A DNA stretch of 33,516 nt from an uncultured Thermococci archaeon (GTDB lineage Archaea > Methanobacteriota_B > Thermococci > Thermococcales > Thermococcaceae). The position numbers were made by a program, and so were the translations under genes. The notes below the pieces were generated by a model. It ran no database searches. It was not told the origin of the DNA and saw only the letters and a list, made by a program, of their open reading frames with translations. The stretch is taken from positions 1 through 33,516 of the forward strand of contig CAYNRW010000003.1 in the NCBI GenBank assembly GCA_964399725.1, written 5' to 3'. Shown piece by piece: positions 30,833 through 33,516 of the stretch; the first letter of the stretch is position 1; every line of letters starts with the position of its first letter.

Positions 30833-31018
30833 TCACACTAATGTATATGTTTCAATCTTAGATGTACAAAAAAGCATAAAGCATATGAGAAACGGGGCAT
30901 AGGGAAGAGGGGTCATAGGCAGTCCAGCTTGGGCATTTGTTATAGCCAGTTCTTTTTTGATTGTTGGAATAAGAGAAGGGAGAGGCATTTTATGGGCGTA
31001 GTTAAATATTTTCTGCAT
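30833..31018 (-). pseudogene. Remnant of the N-terminus of an MFS transporter
   Basis: IFNYAHKMPLPSLIPTIKKELAITNAQAGLPMTPLPYA resembles MFS TM1-loop-TM2 (NY..R....L.P.I..EL..S..QAGLL), but the ORF is only 61 aa and similarity is lost afterwards. Confidence 0.7.
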
Positions 31019-31102
31019 ATTTTGAGGTGAGAACTTGAACGCTTAAAAATTTATCGAAGAATTAAATATAAAAAGGAGAGAACGTAGAGCTGAGTGAGAG
31101 CC

Positions 31103-32026
31103 ATGGTAAGCAAACTTCTTGCACTGGAGGTTTATTCAAATCTCAAGGATCTCGATTTTAGAATACTCAGAGGGGTAGAACTTAATATGCGCCACTACGA
31201 ATGGGTACCCCTCGAGGTAATAGCCAAGTTTACTCGAGTGGACATTGAAACTGCATCTTATCGCTTAGGAAAGCTCGACAACTGGGGACTCGTGAGGAGA
31301 AGAAGTGACATAGGCTACATAGGCTACCAGCTCACAATACATGGGTATGATGCCTTGGCAATAAGGGCATTCGCTCAAAAGGGGATAATTAAGGCAATAA
31401 GCCAAACACAGATCGGAGTAGGAAAAGAAGCCGATGTATATGTCGGGATAACTTCGAATGAAGAGAAAGTAGCCGTCAAATTTAATCGGATAGGAAGAAC
31501 AAGCTTCACAAGAATAAAACTTTATAGGCCCGATTTTATCGATAAAAGACACATATCATGGCTTTACATTTCAAGGCTTGTTGCCCAAAGAGAGTATGAA
31601 GCATTGCAACTTTTGAGTCCAATAGCTAAGGTTCCAAAGCCCCTTGCATGGAACAGACATGTGATTGTTATGGAATTTATAGAAGGTGTTGAATTGATAG
31701 AGCTCGCAGACACTGATTTAACGAAAGAAGAGGCATCAGAGATATTGGACAAAGTTCTAGAGGAGTATAAGAAGATAGTTGAGTTCGGAATAATCCATTC
31801 TGATATGAGCCTCTACAACATAGTTCTTAAAAAGGATGGAGATATATTAATAATAGATTGGCCCCAATACCTAACAACCACCTTTCCAGATGCCAGATAT
31901 TACTTGGAGAGAGACCTCAGAGTACTCCTGAACTCGTTTAAACGAAAATGGCGGGTAGAAAAAGACTGGAATGAGATATGGAAAGAATTTGAAGGGGCTC
32001 TTGAAAAAAGCTTAAAAGAGGCGTAG
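31103..32026 (+). CDS. rio2: RIO2 family Ser/Thr kinase (small-subunit ribosome biogenesis)
   Basis: N-terminal winged helix (MRHYEWVP, GYQLTIHGYD), IGVGKEADVY, VKFNRIGRTSF, IIHSDMSLYNI, IIDWPQ. TTAAATATA upstream at about 31062. Confidence 0.94.
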   Translation: MVSKLLALEVYSNLKDLDFRILRGVELNMRHYEWVPLEVIAKFTRVDIETASYRLGKLDNWGLVRRRSDIGYIGYQLTIHGYDALAIRAFAQKGIIKAISQTQIGVGKEADVYVGITSNEEKVAVKFNRIGRTSFTRIKLYRPDFIDKRHISWLYISRLVAQREYEALQLLSPIAKVPKPLAWNRHVIVMEFIEGVELIELADTDLTKEEASEILDKVLEEYKKIVEFGIIHSDMSLYNIVLKKDGDILIIDWPQYLTTTFPDARYYLERDLRVLLNSFKRKWRVEKDWNEIWKEFEGALEKSLKEA

Positions 32027-32029
32027 AAC

Positions 32030-32518
32030 ATGACAAGAAGAGAGGAAATCATTGCAACCCTCCTAAAAGAAGCCCAAAGAGCATTAAATGAACGAAAAAT
32101 TGAGATTGCAAAAAAGAAATTCGACGAGGTAATGCATATCTCGAAAGGTTCTTATCCATGGATTTATTTTGAAGCCTGTTTTGGTTTGGTAGATGCTTTT
32201 ATAGAGGAGGGCAACTACAGTGGTGCTGTAAAATGTTCAATTAGGGCACTTCTGGATGCTTCGGATGAAGAAATGTTTTCACTTGGAGTTGAAAGACTAA
32301 AAAATGTTCTTGCAATAATCAAGAAGAATAATAAGATTGAGTTACTCAAAAATAGGCTGGAAGTCCTGATCTCACAAACATCCGCTAATAAAGATCTCCA
32401 AACGTTTGTAATGGCGCTAGATGCTCTTACAAAGGGTAATCTCAAAGAGGCCCAGCTTCTGACCAGAAATATAAGATCAGAGAAGCTCAAAGAAATTGTA
32501 GAATCACTCATGGAATAA
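32030..32518 (+). CDS. Hypothetical all-helical, TPR-like protein
   Basis: 162-aa ORF 3 nt after rio2; amphipathic helix pairs such as EACFGLVDAFIEEGNYSGAVKCSIRAL. Confidence 0.72.
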   Translation: MTRREEIIATLLKEAQRALNERKIEIAKKKFDEVMHISKGSYPWIYFEACFGLVDAFIEEGNYSGAVKCSIRALLDASDEEMFSLGVERLKNVLAIIKKNNKIELLKNRLEVLISQTSANKDLQTFVMALDALTKGNLKEAQLLTRNIRSEKLKEIVESLME

Positions 32519-33454
32519 CCTGCTCAACACTCTTTCAAACTGCTTTTTTTCAGGCCTTACTGGAAAATTATATGGTTCTTTGCTGGGCTTCTCGTTGTAA
32601 TAGGGCCGATTGCATCCGGGGCAACCGTGAGTCATGAAGACACTCTCATCAAGAACTTCTAGAAGCTCCTCTCTGGAAAGCCCAAAGTCTACAAGTCTTC
32701 CATTCTCAAACTTAAACTCTTCCACCCTTGCTATTTTGTTTTCAATCAAATAAACTCCAATCTGCATCAATCTGTATCTGTTCAAATCTGGAGGGGCTTT
32801 GTTTTCTAATCTAGTCCCTTTAATTGGGGTAAATGCAAAAATCGAAACTTTAGCTTTTGAATCATACGCCCTCTGAACCGCCTGTAAAAACTCTTCTTCA
32901 CTCTCTCCCAGCCCAAAGATCAAATGAACAAATGCCTTTCCCTCACCAAAAACATCAACAACCGCATCAACAAACCTCCACATTTCCTCCCAAGAGTACA
33001 TGGAGTCCTTCACTTGATTATACACCCCTTCAGTTGCCGCATCTATTCCAACACCAATGTAATCCACCCCTAATCTTCGAAACTTTCTGAGAGATTTTTC
33101 ATCTACGGGAGTTATCGAGAGGGAAACTGGAAAACTCAGAGGATAAAATGCCTTTAGAATCTTCAAGACGTCCTCCCTTAAATTTGGATAATCCACAGTT
33201 TGCAAGCATATTCTTGCAAATTTTGAGGTCTTTAACCTTTCCAAAACCTCTCCCAAGTCGAATGCGGGCCAGGTTATCCTTGAAAGCTTTTCCAAATTGG
33301 ATTTGCTCTCCCTGGCCTGAACACAAAAAGCACAATTGTTTAAACATCTTCCTTTATAATACGTCATGAAATATGCTGTTGTGGGTTTTGCAAGCATTTT
33401 TCCCTTCTTAAGCCCCAAGACAACTGCGGTTCCATATGAAACCCTGATCTTCAT
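32504..33454 (-). CDS. lipS2: Radical SAM protein, probable archaeal-type lipoyl synthase subunit LipS2
   Basis: CLNNCAFC (CX3CX2C) plus C-terminal THGCPGCNRP, matching the TXGCPXC(N/D)RP signature as I recall it for LipS2. Confidence 0.8.
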   Translation of the reverse strand: MKIRVSYGTAVVLGLKKGKMLAKPTTAYFMTYYKGRCLNNCAFCVQARESKSNLEKLSRITWPAFDLGEVLERLKTSKFARICLQTVDYPNLREDVLKILKAFYPLSFPVSLSITPVDEKSLRKFRRLGVDYIGVGIDAATEGVYNQVKDSMYSWEEMWRFVDAVVDVFGEGKAFVHLIFGLGESEEEFLQAVQRAYDSKAKVSIFAFTPIKGTRLENKAPPDLNRYRLMQIGVYLIENKIARVEEFKFENGRLVDFGLSREELLEVLDESVFMTHGCPGCNRPYYNEKPSKEPYNFPVRPEKKQFERVLSRLFHE

Positions 33455-33516
33455 AGTTTCTTCCTCCCAAATCCCCTGAGCAATATGAGGTTAAGCAGAG
33501 ATAAAAATGTTAGCAT
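33451..33516 (-). CDS. 3' end of an upstream gene cut by the window edge, probably a membrane protein
   Basis: Open frame MLTFLSLLNLILLRGFGRKKL-stop (hydrophobic then basic); its TGA overlaps the radical SAM ATG as ATGA. Confidence 0.55.
   Translation of the reverse strand: MLTFLSLLNLILLRGFGRKKL

Noticed and set aside
31024-31046. Perfect SD GAGGTGA on the plus strand followed by TTG AAC GCT TAA
   Set aside because: It gives only a 3-codon frame upstream of the rio2 TATA, most likely chance or debris.
1-33516. CRISPR arrays, IS elements, inteins, rRNA and programmed frameshifts
   Set aside because: I saw no regularly spaced repeats, transposase or intein motifs, and the recognisable genes have expected lengths in single frames.

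Overview
Archaeal DNA of the Thermococcales, most like Thermococcus; this is inferred from the protein sequences, gene order and GAGGTGA ribosome-binding sites. About 24 kb (1875-25957, minus strand) is the ribosomal superoperon. In transcription order it runs: SPOUT methyltransferase, the S10-like and spc-like r-protein blocks with SUI1 and RNase P Rpp29, secY, adk, a DUF106/EMC3-like protein, L34e, cmk, L14e, Cbf5, an RsmC-like methyltransferase, tRNA-Ser, S13-S4-S11-rpoD, tRNA-Leu, L18e-L13-S9-rpoN, tRNA-Pro, rpoK, an enolase-like protein and S2. A nitroreductase and thiI follow. Upstream lie the group 3b cytosolic NiFe hydrogenase operon (hydBGDA plus maturation protease), an MFS transporter remnant, Rio2 kinase, a TPR-like protein and a radical SAM protein with the LipS2 lipoyl synthase motif. 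Two small genes missing from the ORF track (rpoK, rps14) were read directly from the DNA. I saw no mobile element, CRISPR array or rRNA. The window is mostly housekeeping, and I found no convincing wholly new multi-gene system. The most unusual features are: (1) a methyltransferase CDS whose last four codons and stop codon are the first 15 nt of tRNA-Ser; (2) an enolase paralog that has lost most active-site motifs; (3) a ThiI with apparent substitutions at the CXXC and GDS motifs; (4) a possible K-turn element between tRNA-Leu and rpl18e. Start codons were moved from the ORF track where SD spacing indicated a downstream start. All homology calls are from memory of the families; no database search was run.
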